A stretch of DNA of 59,399 nucleotides, counting the filler. It is 3 parts of 3 records of this genome, joined end to end, with 100 filler letters (N's around TTAATTAATTAA, not from the genome) between each part and the next. Parts side by side here need not be neighbours in the genome. Positions count along the whole stretch, not along the records: positions 43,672 to 59,399 come from DRR723986_8514; 2 more parts are not named here. One strand, 5' to 3'. The notes under the pieces were generated by a model. That model saw only the letters and a list, made by a program, of their open reading frames with translations. It had not been told where the DNA came from and searched no databases. Below are positions 59,058 to 59,399 of the stretch, one piece after another. Made by a program: the position numbers and the translations under genes. How positions within the stretch are numbered: position 1 is the stretch's first letter; every line of letters begins with the position of its first letter.

Positions 59058-59399
59058 TTAACCGTAGGTCGGGTGAAACCTGTTGGCCGGTGACAGTGTG
59101 AAAATCTCAACGCCGTCTTCGGTCACGCCAACGGAGTGTTCAAACTGCGCCGAAAGTGATTTGTCACGGGTCACGGCAGTCCAGTCATCGGCCAGCGTTT
59201 TGGTTTCCGCGCGGCCCAGATTGACCATCGGCTCAATCGTAAAGAACATGCCCGGTTCCAATACCGCGCCTGTTCCGGGGCGACCGTAGTGCAGGACGTT
59301 GGGCGGCGAATGGAACACCCGGCCCAGACCATGACCGCAGAAATCGGTCACAACGCTCATCCGGTGACCTTCGACAAAGCTTTGGATCGCATGGCCGAT
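59058..59399 (-). CDS. map: Type I methionine aminopeptidase, 5' end outside the window
   Basis: FCGHGLG..FH, FTIEPMVN and SAQFEHS motifs. Confidence 0.95.
   Translation of the reverse strand: MGHAIQSFVEGHRMSVVTDFCGHGLGRVFHSPPNVLHYGRPGTGAVLEPGMFFTIEPMVNLGRAETKTLADDWTAVTRDKSLSAQFEHSVGVTEDGVEIFTLSPANRFHPTYG

Overview
The window is three contigs joined by two artificial 100-bp spacers (N-TTAATTAATTAA-N, 25639-25738 and 43572-43671), so adjacency across the spacers means nothing. Contig 1 (1-25638) looks planctomycete-like (inferred from gene content). It carries a REP-like palindrome array, yaiI, EVE, a pseudokinase, thiL, nagB, argC-argJ-acpS-DUF1611-parvulin, SPFH plus a ribbon-helix-helix (RHH) gene, lpxB, a sulfatase, a SASA esterase, a sigma54-driven membrane protein, a WYL regulator, ThuA and RraA-MMPL-glnA. 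Contigs 2 (25739-43571) and 3 (43672-59399) look like Rhodobacteraceae/Roseobacter DNA: xpaC-telA-DUF2927-SPFH, rluB, tadA, an accessory block, desaturase, gatCA, amidase and rnpB; then amtB-glnK, a class A PBP, PhzF, a T1SS pair, RidA...mscS, prx, ferredoxin reductase, rsmD, an aminotransferase and map. The best candidate for an undescribed system is at 35306-36655. Two AT-rich cargo genes (an atypical truncated globin and a membrane protein) are each bracketed by a pair of related 30-bp dyad sites (9-bp arms, 12-bp core) with two alternating core types, an architecture that resembles recombination-site gene cassettes. Also notable: an RNA-ligase gene broken inside a perfect 18-bp inverted repeat, a stand-alone cytoplasmic reductive dehalogenase, a DUF1611 gene in the arg operon, a GlnA lacking the adenylylation Tyr, and two small ORFs missing from the ORF track. 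All calls come from reading motifs by eye; no database searches were run.
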